A stretch of DNA of 64,000 bases from Octopus sinensis (Eukaryota). The notes below the pieces were generated by a model. That model saw nothing but the letters and a program-made list of their open reading frames with translations, was not told the origin of the DNA and did not search any database. Location: NCBI RefSeq assembly GCF_006345805.1, contig NC_043009.1, forward strand, positions 46,748,001-46,812,000, read 5' to 3'. The position numbers were made by a program, and so were the translations under genes. Below are positions 1 through 12,095 of this stretch, one piece after another. Each line of letters starts with the position of its first letter. Position 1 is the stretch's first letter.

Positions 1-535
1 AAGTAAAAAATCTGAAAATTGGATATATTGATGCAGTTTTATAAGCTTATTCCTGTTAATCCATGAACTTGTGGAAAAATAATTTGATGAAAATGTTACA
101 GACGCTGAAAAATCGAAAAAATAATCTTTGTATTTTAGCCAATAATGAGACAGGAACGTTCTGTGTTGTAGCGGTGTCAACGTATCGGTTTCAGCTTTAA
201 GGTTGTACCCTGTGAAATCTATAGTTTAGCGTATGTGAAATGACCTCTTCATCGTAGGTTTCTAAATAAAGATAAATAACTAATAAAGCCAACATGTATT
301 ATCTTACTGTTTCTTTTGTCTCTTCATTGTTTTCTATAGTGTTTTATATGATTTTATGATTTTTAAAATTTGTTATGTTAATATATTTGTCTGTATGTGT
401 TTGCTTTACGTTAGTTTTTACAGTTGTACTTTATGAAGCAATTGATTTCTACACACGGAGTCAATATGGGTTGCGTATTTCAGTATTATGTATACCTGTC
501 ATGTATTTGTGTACATCATTAATATATATGTGCAG

Positions 536-686
536 GTGGAATACCCTTCCTTGGAAGAGATAAGTACTGCTATCAAAAAACTTTCTAATGGTAAAGCTCT
601 TCAACAAGACGATGTTCCTTTAGAGATGGACAAGCTTGGTAGCAGACAACTGTGCAAATTGATCTATCTGATGTGGGAAACTGGAT
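536..686 (+). mobile_element. RTE-like LINE ORF2 fragment (EN-RT linker), decayed
   Basis: Translation EYPSLEEISTAIKKLSNGKALQQDDVPLEM...LCKLIYLMWETG resembles the P.LEE..AI..L..GKA.G.D.IP.E...L..L...IW..G block of RTE-type ORF2. Confidence 0.55.
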
Positions 687-1152
687 CTGTTGTTGTTGAG
701 CGTATTCGGGCTTGTGTTAGGAGACTTTTCATAGATTTGGGTTGTCTCTTGCTTTTTATGATGGTGGGCGTTTGGAGAATTAAATTCATTCTGAGGTCCC
801 TTTTAATAGGGAAATGTTTTGGAGGATGGTGTCGAAGGCTTCATTGTTAAGAGGGTTTTGTGCGGAGATGTATGGTAGGGCTTTTGGTTGTAAATCTTTC
901 TTTAATTTGGGATATCTGAGTTCGTGGATGTTGAGTTGTAGGGCACGTTAAAAGCATATGTCAATTAGTGATGGTGGGTAGTTACTGGTGATGGGTATAT
1001 CCTTTTGTTCAGGTAGTCGTGTGTCCCTGGTGCCTGTATTAAAAACTATAGTACAAATCCTTTTTTCTAGATTGACAGGGATATTCATTCTAGTGTGTCT
1101 TGGGCGGCATGAGTTGAACGGTAGATATTGCTTGGAATCCATGGGATTATAG
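687..1152 (-). mobile_element. Penelope-like element RT/thumb fragment (downstream part, interrupted by mariner)
   Basis: YYNPMDSKQYLPFNSCRPRHTRMNIPVNLEKRICTIV, followed by IIKSKRQPKSMKSLLTQAR; matches the PLE Y.KPTD...YL...S.HP.H...NIP....R motif. Confidence 0.85.
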
Positions 1153-1154
1153 TA

Positions 1155-2458
1155 TTCGGTTGGCAAACTAAGTTCCCGCCGTTTTTTAAAAATTTAAATG
1201 TTTTAAAAGGTTTGATAAAGAAATAACAACTAATTAATCAATAATGTATTCACCTTTGTTGTTTACGAATTCTTCCCAACGTTCAAGAAGATTTTCAAAA
1301 CCTTGTTGGTAGAAATCACCCGATTTCGACTCGAAAAATTGATCCAGCCAAGCTCTCAATTCTGCATCAGTATTGAACGAAACTCCGTGCATAACATTTG
1401 AAAGAGATCGAAAGAGGTGGAAATCCGTTGGTGCCAAATCAGGAGAGTACGGCGCGTGTGGCAGCACTTCCCAGTCATGTATTTGAATGGCTTCCTTGGT
1501 CATATTGGTGATATGAGGGCGGGAGTTGTCGTGCAGCAGAACTCCATGCTGCCAATTAGGTCTTTTCTCTTGAATAGCCGTGTTGAGTCTTTCCATCTGT
1601 TGAACATAGGGCTCCACGTTGGACATTTAGTTCCGTTCAAGCAATTCGTAATAGATAATCCCTTCCCAGTCCCACCATATGCACAACATCGTTTTACGCG
1701 GATGAAGATCTTGCTTCACGCGCGGTATCGCGTGTTTACCAGCGCTAACCCATTCCTTATGCTGCTTCATATTGTTGTACAGGTACCATTTTTCGTCGCC
1801 AGTAACGATTCGTTAAAGAAATTGTTGCTTGTGTCCATGTGTTGAGCGGTGGCGAGCAAGCAAACCAGCGGATATTGTGGCTCGTTGATTTTTGTTGTTG
1901 TCAATTAAGTATGCGGAACCCATGCTCTATGCTTCTGAACCTTTCCCATCGAGTGAAGATGCTTCTCTATAGCAGTGTGCAAGAATTCCATTTTCTCTGG
2001 TAGTTCCCTTGCCGTTTGACGAGAATTTTCATGCAAAAGTTGGTTCAATCGCCCTTCATCGAACTCAACTGGACGGCCAGAACGAGATGCGTTTTTGAGG
2101 TCCAAATTTCCATTTTTGAACTTGGCATACCAATCACGAGCAGTTTTTTCAGCTATGGTACCCTCTCCATACACAGCACAAATGTCGCGAGCAGCTTTTG
2201 TGGCCTTAGAATTTTGATTAAAAGCAAAAGAAGGAGGTGTCGAAAATGCTCGTTTTTCTTAACTTGACATTCCTTTTTAATGATCTGAAAATAAACAAAA
2301 ATTAACTAAAATTAACTAGAAAAACAAAACAAAACAAAATAGATTCCAAAATGATTCAAAAATAGAATTCTCGTAAAGAAAAACAGATTCCAAACTTTAA
2401 AAACGCAATAAATTCCAAAATTTACAGAAAAACGGCGGTAACTTAGTTGCCAACCTAA
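1155..2458 (-). mobile_element. Full-length mariner DNA transposon (DD34D), inactivated
   Basis: About 30-bp TIRs (TTCGGTTGGCAAACTAAGTTCCCGCCGTTTT / AAAACGGCGGTAACTTAGTTGCCAACCTAA) with TA on both sides; 1,304 bp. Motifs WVPH, VTGDEKW, HDNSRPH, YSPDLAPTDFHLF. Start codon appears mutated (AAG at 2275) and the ORF is frameshifted. Confidence 0.95.
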
Positions 2459-2460
2459 TA

Positions 2461-2552
2461 TATACCTGTTTCTATTTCGTTGTGAGATTTCTTAATGAGG
2501 ATGTCGAGGAAAGGAAGTTGTCGATGGCTATATTCCATCGTGAATTGAATGT
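2461..2552 (-). mobile_element. Penelope-like RT fragment (upstream part, before the mariner insertion)
   Basis: IQFTMEYSHRQLPFLDILIKKSHNEIETGI joins in frame to YYNPMDSKQYL once the mariner and one TA are removed. Confidence 0.85.
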
Positions 2553-2570
2553 TATATATATATATATATA

Positions 2571-2737
2571 CGACAGGCTTCTTTTAGTTTCCGTCTACAA
2601 GATCCACTCTCAAGGCTTTGGTTGGCATGAGGCTATAATAGAAGACACTAGCCCAACGTAACACACACTGGGACACAGCACAGAACAGTGTTGTTTGGAA
2701 GCAAGCTTCTTACCACACAGCGTCACCTGTGCCTATA
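2571..2737 (-). mobile_element. tRNA-derived SINE family A, 5' part
   Basis: Reverse complement of the AGGCGCAGGAGTGGCTGTGTGGTAAG...GACGGAAACTGAAAGAAGCC head seen repeatedly in the window. Confidence 0.8.
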
Positions 2738-2764
2738 TATTTATTTATCATTCAACGTTTTTTT

Positions 2765-2858
2765 TTATTAATCCTTTCTATCGAAGAGCGTAGGCTCGAA
2801 GAGTACAAGACTTTTCCATTCTTTCCGAGTGTTAAACTAATACACCTGCTTGCTTGTT
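2765..2858 (+). mobile_element. Penelope terminal-repeat fragment with degenerate hammerhead motif
   Basis: CCTTT-CTATCGA-A-GAGC-GTAG-GCTC-GAAGAGTA; same family as the terminal sequence at 33,820-33,885 and 30,578-30,650. Confidence 0.55.
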
Positions 2859-3122
2859 GTGGCTGTGTGGTAAGTAGCTTGCTTACCAACCACATGGTTC
2901 TGGGTTCAGGCCCACTGCATGGTACCTTGGGCAAGTGTCTTCTACTAAAGCCTCGGGCCGACCAAAGCCTTGTGAGTGGATTTGGTAGACGGAAACTGAA
3001 AGAAGCCCGTCGTATATATGTATATATACATGTGTATATATATACATACATACATACATACACACACATATATATATATATATCATACATACATACACAC
3101 ACACATATATATATATATATAC

Positions 3123-3155
<33 letters not shown>

Positions 3156-3390
3156 TGTATGTATGTATGTATGTGTGTGTATATGTTTGTGTGTCTGCGT
3201 TTATCCCCCCCTAACATCGCTTGACAACCGATGCTGGTGTGTTTACGTCCCCGTAACTTAGCGGTTGGGCAAAAGAGACCGATAGAATAAGTACTAGGCT
3301 TACAAAGAATAAGTCCTGGGGTCGATTTGCTCGAGTAAAGGCGGTGCTCCAGCATGGCCACAGTCAAATGACTGAAACATGTAAAAGAGT
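2859..3390 (+). mobile_element. SINE family A, near full length
   Basis: A-box-like TGGCTGTGTGG, B-box-like GGTTCAGGCCC, internal (TA/CA/TATG)n, and 3' tail GCGGTGCTCCAGCATGGCCACAGTCAAATGACTGAAAC. Confidence 0.9.
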
Positions 3391-3396
3391 ATACAC

Positions 3397-3428
<32 letters not shown>

Positions 3429-4550
3429 ACATATATATATATATTGTTCTATATTTCAATATGTCCACTCATAATATGTAGTAAATCAGTTATTAAAAAA
3501 CTAACCGTCTCGCCTTCAAATCTGGTATTAATTGTAAGCGGCGAAAATTAATCAGACACTTCTTATAGGGTGCGGAGCATAGAAAACGTTACGAACCACT
3601 GGTTTGGAGGCTAGTCGGAAAAACTTGTTAAGAAAAAAATTGTTAAGAAAAACATGTTCTTCCTTTATTGTATGTGCGTGTGGGAATATGTCTGTGTAAG
3701 CCTGTGTGAATGTTTGTGAGCATGTGTAATATACCTAAATCTGAATGTAGTAGAACAAAAGTGTAAACTAAGTTGTATAAATGTTAGACCACTTAAACAT
3801 TATCAAACGGACAGACACACACACACATTTGCTATGCATAATATCAAACAGAACAACATTTACTGCACTGCGTTGCGCCTGCCATAAGACTATTTTCATA
3901 ATAAGTTTTCTCTTTTGCAGTTGTGGCTAGTCACATGCACATTAAGTTTCAGTTTCTGCTCGTTCTGCAGTTGTTAGACTAAAATTGGAGCAACAGCTGC
4001 AGATTGCAGCAATAAACCTCAACAAACTTAATACAACTGCCTTACCGTATCTCTCCTCTCTCTCTCATCTCTGTTTTCTATCTCACGCATGTTTTTCACA
4101 TTCTACTACCCTACTTCCCACTCTCTCTCTCTCTCTCTGTTTCTCTTTCATTCTCTCCTTTGCTTCCTTTCTCTCTATATATCTCTGAGTCGACACTTGC
4201 AATCGACTATGAACTGGTGACAGACGAGACAACAAGCGGCAACGAAAGAACTCGACATCACCCTTATGGCAAGCATTTCACTTGCTTCAGTTTACTTCTA
4301 TTTTGTGGTCACTATATCTCAATAAAAGTGCTGCGGATAGTATTGTTTCATTTACAGATGGCCCCAGCTGCAAAACATCTCGGGACATAGCACTGCAGTC
4401 GAAACTTTCTTTCCAGCGTTACCCTTATGAATGGTTATATGTTCGGAAACTCCACTTCTCATTCCTGCATTGAAATCATCCCAAAATGTAAAATGTGACG
4501 GGTTACAGACACCGAAGTATTGGTGTTGTGAACATTCAAGGGGAAATACA

Positions 4551-4768
4551 TATTTCTTTACTACCCACAAGGGGCTAAACACAGAGAGGACAAACAAGGA
4601 CAGACAAACAGATTAAGTCGATTACATCAACCCCAGTGCGTAGCTGGTGCTTATTTAATCGACCCCGAAAGGATGAAAGGCAAAGTCGACCTCGGCGGAA
4701 TTTGAACTCAGAACGTAGCGACGGGCGAAATACCGCGAAGCATTTCGCTCGGCGTGCTAACGTTTCTG
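4551..4768 (-). mobile_element. tRNA-derived SINE family B, monomer
   Basis: Reverse complement of CAGAAACGTTAGCACG...GAGTTCAAATTCCGCCGAGGTCGACTTTGCCTTTCATCCTTTCGGGGTCGA...GTAGTAAAGAAATA. Confidence 0.9.
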
Positions 4769-4786
4769 GAAATACAGCACGGAATT

Positions 4787-4978
4787 TCGTCAGTGAACAG
4801 GTCGCGATCTCAAAGCGACGAAAATAGTTTGGCAAATTAAATTCAAATGTTGAGGTGAATCTAACGGTTTTTGTGTGTTTCTTAAATGGCTTATAAACAT
4901 CTCCCACGCTGCAATTGTTTTCGTTCCAGCACACGATCTCAGAGCAGGTCACTTGGTATGCAACTACATATCCGTAAT
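4787..4978 (+). repeat. Fragment of the 28 kb / 60 kb dispersed foldback-type repeat
   Basis: GTCAGTGAACAGGTCGCG..TCAAAGCGACGAAAATA...TATGCAACTACAT aligns by eye to 28,495-28,680 and 60,355-60,530. Confidence 0.7.
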
Positions 4979-5392
4979 ATATATATATATATTATATATA
5001 TATACACAGACACAGACGCAGACACACACACACCACACACACACACAAGGGGACACTGAAAAGTTCCTGGCTTTGGGTAAAAAAAAAAATACAGGAAGAT
5101 TTCATTTATGCGTTCGGGTATCTGTTTGGCTGCTTAAACTTTGCGTTTTCTATTTTGTCTACTCTATATTTTTCACCTTGGCACTCTTTAAGCACTTCGT
5201 AAACGATCCATACATTTCAAAATATGTTTAAAATATATTTTATATATATATATATATATCTTATGATAATTATATATATATATATTTTGATGTATATATA
5301 TGTATATACATATATATATATATATAATATGATGTATATATATATGTATATATATATACCTATATATATATATATATATGATGTATATATAT

Positions 5393-5800
5393 AGGCGCAG
5401 GAGTGGCTGTTTGGTAAGTAGCTTGCTAACCAACCACATGGTTCCGGTTCAGTCCCACTGCGTGGCATCTTGGCAAGTGTCTTCTGCTATAGCCCCGGCC
5501 GACCAATGCCTTGTGAGTGGATTGGTAGACGGAAACTGAAAGAAGCCTGTCGTATATATGTATATATATATATATAAGTGTGTGTGAATATGTTTGTGTG
5601 TCTGTGTTTGTTCCCCTAGCATTGCTTGACAACTGATGCTGGTGTGTTTACGTCCCCGTAACTTAGCGGTTCGGCAAAAGAGCCGATAGAATAAGTACTG
5701 GGCTTACAAAGAATAAGTCCCGGGGTCGATTTGCTCGACTAAAGCGGTGCTCCAGCATGGCCGCAGTCAAATGACTGAAACAAGTAAAAAAGAGTAAAAA
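5393..5800 (+). mobile_element. SINE family A, full length
   Basis: Starts AGGCGCAGGAGTGGCTG after (TA)n and ends GCAGTCAAATGACTGAAACAAGTAAAA. Confidence 0.9.
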
Positions 5801-5911
5801 GAGTTAAAAATATATATATATAGGTATATACATACATATATACACACACACATATATATATATTATATATAATATATATATATATATGTATATACATATA
5901 TATATGTATAC

Positions 5912-5959
<48 letters not shown>

Positions 5960-5995
5960 CATATATATCTGTATACATATATATATAGAGTCCAC

Positions 5996-6036
<41 letters not shown>

Positions 6037-6047
6037 CATATATATAC

Positions 6048-6078
<31 letters not shown>

Positions 6079-6095
6079 ATATACATATATAATAC

Positions 6096-6135
<40 letters not shown>

Positions 6136-6469
6136 TATATACACACATATATAAGATATATATATATATATATGAATATATATATTGACCATTAAGAGGA
6201 TTCCACCTGGCATACCACTCTCCCCCCTCCTTCTCTTCGCCGCCCCCTTCCTCTACTACTACTGCTGCTGCTACTTAAACAATCAAAGACAAGAATTCAT
6301 ATCAAACTACCATTGGCTGCTGCCAGCTACCTTGAAGTGACACGAGTAAAAAATAGAGACAGTGACAAACACAAAAAAAAAAGGAAAACGTCCCTTGCAT
6401 TTGAAAACTATAGAAATATTTTTAAAAAACATTTCATTTAATTTTTCCACAATCTAATTTATTCTTTCC

Positions 6470-6690
6470 AAGCCTAGTACTTATTTTATCGGTTACTTTT
6501 GCTGAACCGCCAGGTTACGGGGACGTAAACACACCAGCACCGGTTGTCAAGCGATGTTGGGGGGACAAACACAGACACACAAACATATACACACATACAT
6601 ATTCAGTTTCCGTCTACCATATCCACTCACAAGGTTTTGGTCGGCCCGAGGTTATAGTAGAAAACACTTGCCCAAGGTGCCACGCAGTAA
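6470..6690 (-). mobile_element. SINE family A, internal fragment
   Basis: TTACGGGGACGTAAACACACCAGC...CCCAAGGTGCCACGCAGT is the reverse complement of the family A body. Confidence 0.8.
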
Positions 6691-6702
6691 ATATATATAT
6701 AT

Positions 6703-6892
6703 ATTTCTTTACTACCCACAAGGGGCTAAACACAGAGGGGACAAACAAAGGCAGACAAACGGATTAAGTCGATTACATCGACCCCAGTGCGTAACTGGTA
6801 CTTAATTTATCGCCCCCGAAAGGATGAAAAGGCAAATTCGACCTCGGCGGTACTTAACTCAGAACGTACGGTAGACGAAATACAGCTACGCA
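6703..6892 (-). mobile_element. SINE family B, 5'-truncated monomer
   Basis: Matches family B from the 3' end through the B-box. Confidence 0.85.
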
Positions 6893-6957
6893 TATATATA
6901 TATAATATATATATATCTATATATATATAAATATTATATATACATATATATATATAA

Positions 6958-8792
6958 CCAATGAGGGTAAGTGAAATACTGAATGAGCAATTCAAGAGGT
7001 TTTCACTCCACCCCTTGGGCATTTCCAAATCACCAACCAACTGACTTCTTTACCACTGCAGATATAAAATCAGAGGCGGCGACGATATACTACATACATC
7101 GATATAAAGGAAGACGATGTAATAAAGGCTTATAGATGAAATGAAAACAGACTCAGCTACTGGCCCCGATGGATTCCCGGCAAACCTCCTAAAGTATGTA
7201 GAGAGTCTAGCAAGACCACTGCAGTTCCTCTTTCAGAGCTTCCTTGCAGCTGGCAAACTTCCAAGAAACTGAAGGAAGGTAAAATATGCCCTATTCATAA
7301 AGGAGGTAGCCGAGCGGAGGCCAAGAACTACAGACCTATCTCTCTGACCTCACACATCAGCAAGGTCATGGAACGAATAGTCAGAAGGAAACTGATCACC
7401 TTCCTTGAAGAAAATGACTTGCTGCCCGACACCCAACATGGTTTCCCGACCAGGAGAAGCGTTTAACTCAGCTTCCTACAACACTATGACTGGGTGCTGA
7501 AACGACTCTCAACCACTCAAATGTTGAAGTGATATATCTCGACTTTGCAAAGGCCTTTGATAAAGTCGATCATGGAATGATATGTCACAAACTGCGTGAT
7601 CTCAACATAGATGGAAAACTGGGAGAATGGCTTCATGACTTTCGAAAGATAGAAGTCAGGTGGTAGTAGCCATGGAGCCACTTCCATTAACACGCAAATA
7701 GTGAGCGGTTGTCCGCAGGGCACTGTTTGGGACCACTACTTTTCATAATGGCCCCCTCAGACATGCCCTCTCAGCCACGCAGAGAGCCACGATCACAAGT
7801 TATGCAGATGATACAAAAGTTTCACAGGCAATACAGAACCCTGAGACACTAAACGCCTGCAATGTGAGCTGGACAAATATACAAGTGGGCTGAAAAAGCA
7901 TGCAGTTCAATGCTGAAAAGTTTCAAGCTTTATACTATCAGCATGCAAAACCAATGCAATACCCAATGAATACACTGGACCCGGAGGAATTGCAATACCA
8001 GAGACACAATCAGTGCGTGACCTGGGTATTTACATGAGTGATGACGCAACCTTTCGTGTACATGTTGCTAAATTTGCGCAATGAAATGTAGACGACTGGC
8101 CGGATGGATTCTCAGAACCTTTAGAACAAGAGAGCAAGAAACCATGATGGTCCTCTGGAGGACACTTGTCCTAAGCCACTTTGACTATTGCTCTCAGTTA
8201 TGGTCACCATCCAGTGTCAAGTTGATCACAAACTTGAGGCGATCCAACGTAGCTACACGAAGAAGATAGCCTCTATGCAGAATATAAGCTACTGGGAAAG
8301 ACTCAGAGATTAAACTATATTCTTGGAGCGTAGGCGGGAAAGATATGCCATAATATACATCTGGAAGATCATGGAGGGACTTGTCCCAAACTTTAGCATC
8401 GAGAGTTACAAACAAATGCCAGAACTGGGCGCCACAGCGTGGTGCCTAGGACTCCAAATTTACCATCAAGATGTAGGAGAAGATACTGTGATAGCCTGGG
8501 CTTCCGAGGCCCACAACTCTTCAATATCCTCCCGAAGAACCTAAGAGACGTGCATGGGGTGGACGCAGATATCTTTAAAATGAAACTGGATCTCTTCCTG
8601 TCAGGTATCCCAGATGAACCAACTTCACGGCAGGAGGTGCAGATGAGGGCAGCTGCATCGAACTCTCTCATGCACCAGAGGCATTTGCTAAAAAGCTTTC
8701 GTGAAGTAAAACTGTGTAGCAACAAATGCGGTGCCCCAGCATGGCCACAGCTCATGAGCTGAAACTGGAATCAATCAATCAATCAATCAATC
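6958..8792 (+). mobile_element. 5'-truncated CR1-like LINE, RT domain to 3' end, frameshifted
   Basis: Motifs GPDGFP, YRPISLTSHISKVMERIV, QHGF, IYLDFAKAFDKVDH, SG.PQG.V, YADDTKV, RTLVLSHFDYCSQLWSP, LERRRERY, KLDLFLSGIPDEP. Ends in an (AATC)n tail and is flanked by (TA)n on both sides. Confidence 0.9.
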
Positions 8793-8806
8793 ATATATAT
8801 ATATAA

Positions 8807-8844
<38 letters not shown>

Positions 8845-8991
8845 CATATATATATATATATGTATATACATATATATATATATGTATATACATATATATA
8901 TAATGTATATATATGCATATATATATATATATATATGTATATGCATATATATATATATATTATATATATATTGTATATGCTATATATATAT

Positions 8992-9053
<62 letters not shown>

Positions 9054-9065
9054 GTATATGCATTA

Positions 9066-9352
9066 TAGCACGCCGGGCAAAATGCGTAGCTGTATTTCGT
9101 CTACCGTTACGTGCTGAGTTCAAATACTGCCGAGGTCGAATTTGCTTTTCATCCTTTCGGGGGCGATAAATTAAGTACCAGTTACGCACTGGAGTCGATG
9201 TTATCGACTTAATCCGTTTGTCTGCCTTTGTTTGTCCCCTCTGTGTTTAGCCCCTTGTGGGTAGTAAAGAAATAAGTATTTCGTCTGCCGTTACGTTCTG
9301 AGTTCAAATTCCGCCGAAGTCGACTTTGCCTTTCATCCTTTCGGGGTCGATT
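9066..9352 (+). mobile_element. SINE family B, dimeric form (truncated)
   Basis: First unit is followed at ~9,270 by a second partial head via the junction GTAGTAAAGAAATAAGTATTTCGTCTGCC. Confidence 0.85.
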
Positions 9353-9375
9353 ATATATAAATATATACATATATA

Positions 9376-9900
9376 TTGTTGTTGTTGTCATTGTTGGCCT
9401 ATTTTTGTCTCGGGAGACAATGGAGTTGCGCATAAAAATAATCAAGTCTGGTTTTTACATTTCATGTCACTTACATCTCCTGCGTAGTCCTATCCAGGAC
9501 AAACACTCCCTCTGGCAGGTGACGCAGATGTTTGCCACGTTTAACAGCAGCACTGAAGTGCCCACTCCAGTTTTGTGTAGGCCTGGGCTAGATGTAAGAA
9601 GATCCGGGGTAGCCCAATCGTCAGGATTCCTCTCTTGACCTTGCTGTCATAGTCCAAAGGAGTGAAGAGCATTACGTTTGGCACCAGTTTGGTTGCAGGA
9701 GCTAACGGAAGAGTGTCAAGTTGAACATTAAACCGCCTACGGGGCTTCACTTCGGATTTCTTTGAAGGCCGCCTCTTTTCCGTAACCCTGGTTAGGGGCC
9801 CCATACCAGGTACTGTTAGCCGGAGCCAGCTGAGACCGGGACTCGTGTAAGGCAGGGGCGTCATTCCCTGAAGTAATGAAGAAAATCTCTACCCTCTACC
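9376..9900 (-). mobile_element. Short non-autonomous RTE-type element
   Basis: 3' end encodes ANICVTCQRECLSWIGLRRRCK*, like the RTE C-terminal C..C.R.C.S.IGL motif, followed by a (CAA)n tail. The upstream ~350 bp shows no recognisable coding. Confidence 0.55.
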
Positions 9901-9916
9901 TACACACACACACGAA

Positions 9917-9981
<65 letters not shown>

Positions 9982-10112
9982 GTATATACATATATATGAC
10001 GGGCTTCTTCCATCTACCAAACTCATTCATTCTTGAGTGGATTTGGTACACGGAAACTGAAAGCCTTAGAGATGAAACATGTAAAATAATACATACATAC
10101 ATACATACGTAC

Positions 10113-10203
<91 letters not shown>

Positions 10204-10226
10204 CATACATACATACATACATACAT

Positions 10227-11390
10227 GCGGCTCTGGAGACCGTTTTTGTAGAAGAGCCCAGCTTGGTCCTCCAACCTCAACGTGACTTCAGAAATCAAGG
10301 CTGCATCATCTGGGAAACGCTTTCCTTTCAAAAACAACTTAATGATTGGGAAGAGGTGAAAATCAGAGGGTGCAAGGTCAGGAAAGTACGGGGGATGGGG
10401 AGGAGTTCATAGCCATACACCTGTGCTTCTGATCTGGCGACAAGCGAGTTGTGGACCGGAGCGTTGTCCTGCAGGAAGAGCATGCCTTTGCTGATCTTGC
10501 CCCGCCTCTTGATTTTGATAACTTCTCTTAATTTCCTCAAAAGTGAAGCATAATAGGCTCCTGCAATTGTGGTACCCTTTGCCAGAAAATCTGTCATCAC
10601 TACTCCTCCTCCCTGGTCCCAGAAGACTGTGAGCATGGCCTTGCCAGCGGAGGGCTGCACCCTTGCCTCTTTGGAGGGGGTGAGTCACGGTGCTTCCACT
10701 GCATTGAATGGGCTTTGGTCTCTGGATCATCGTGATGGACCCAGGTTTCATCCTGTGTAATCAGTCTTTCGAAAAATTTTGACTCATCTTCTTGGCACAT
10801 CTCCAAATTCCCCCTCGAGCACTCGACGCGTTCTTGCTTCTGGAAAACGTGAGCAACCTGGGAATCCATCTGGCAGACACCTTTTGCATATGCAAATGGT
10901 CATGAATGATAGTTTCCACAGACCTGGTACTAATCTTGACCTCATGGGCTATTTGGCGAATAATTATGTATGCGTCGATCTTCCAAAATGGCAGCCTCAA
11001 CTTGACGGACAGATGCCTCATCAATGGCAGAAGGGGGCGACCAGATCTGGAGCTGTTTCCACAGAGTTCCGATCATGTTTGAATTCACGATGCCAGCGTT
11101 TTACAAGGTCATATGATGGGGCATCATCACCATAAGTTACTTTCATTTCATCAAAAGTCTCCCGTGATGTGCGTCCTTCAAATACAAAAACCGGATCACT
11201 GCTCGACACTCAACAGGCTCCATTTCACACTTGACTCGGTTCAAACACCTGTAAATCAGAAACCACAATTAATTCAGAGCTGTAATTTGGCCACTTACTC
11301 TATAGAGATATAAATGATTGCACATGCAAAATTTCAGCTAGATCAAACAACGGCAAGTGGGTCAGAGGCATTACTTATTGAACGTCCTCG
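10227..11390 (-). mobile_element. Mariner transposon (DD34D), second family, 3'-truncated and frameshifted
   Basis: Motifs [55 protein letters not shown]. 5' TIR CGAGGACGTTCAATAAGTAATGCC is followed by TA at 11,391-11,392; the other TIR is missing. Confidence 0.9.
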
Positions 11391-11402
11391 TATATACATA
11401 CA

Positions 11403-11435
<33 letters not shown>

Positions 11436-11440
11436 TATAG

Positions 11441-11492
<52 letters not shown>

Positions 11493-11493
<1 letters not shown>

Positions 11494-11846
11494 TAGCAGT
11501 ATCGCCCGGCGTTGCTCGGGTTTGTAAGGGAAATAACTATAAAGCATTTTTAGAGAGTTATAGCCAAAAATGGGGAAAAAAATGATGGTAAAAGTTAAAA
11601 AGGTCGAGTTGCGTCCCCTACACAGTCTGTGGTTTGTGTTTCAGATCTCGACCCATGTCAAATTTATCGATTTTTTTCAGAACTGGGGAACTTTTCAAAA
11701 TTTTCGCTGCGTTAGTTTTGAATTATGACATTGGGCTATGTGTGTGTCAAGTTTCATCAGAATCGGTTGAAAGCCGTGGTCAGGGTGAGGGTACAACCTA
11801 ACAGACACACAGAAACACACAGACAACTGCCGTTTATATATAGAGA
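11493..11846 (-). mobile_element. Non-autonomous Helitron
   Basis: On the minus strand A|TCTCTATATATAAA ... CCCGAGCAACGCCGGG hairpin ... CTAG|T: canonical TC and CTAG ends, subterminal hairpin, AT target and no TSD. Confidence 0.8.
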
Positions 11847-11855
11847 TATATATAT

Positions 11856-11888
<33 letters not shown>

Positions 11889-11924
11889 CATACATACATA
11901 CATACATATATATATATATATACA

Positions 11925-11956
<32 letters not shown>

Positions 11957-12046
11957 CATACATACATATACATACATACATAGATATATATGAGTCTGTG
12001 TGTGTGTCTTCTTGACTATTTATACCCACCACCATCTCTCTCTCTC

Positions 12047-12095
<49 letters not shown>

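Noticed and set aside
3906-4520. Strong plus-strand acceptor at 3,920 and a DFNA/SDH-like endonuclease hint on the minus strand
   Set aside because: No matching donor or coherent ORF; the motif spacing and frames are inconsistent.
9790-9880. HDV-like ribozyme at the 5' end of the RTE mini-element
   Set aside because: A P3/L3-like GAG-TCCCGGT-CTC exists, but I could not find matching P1 and P2 pairings.
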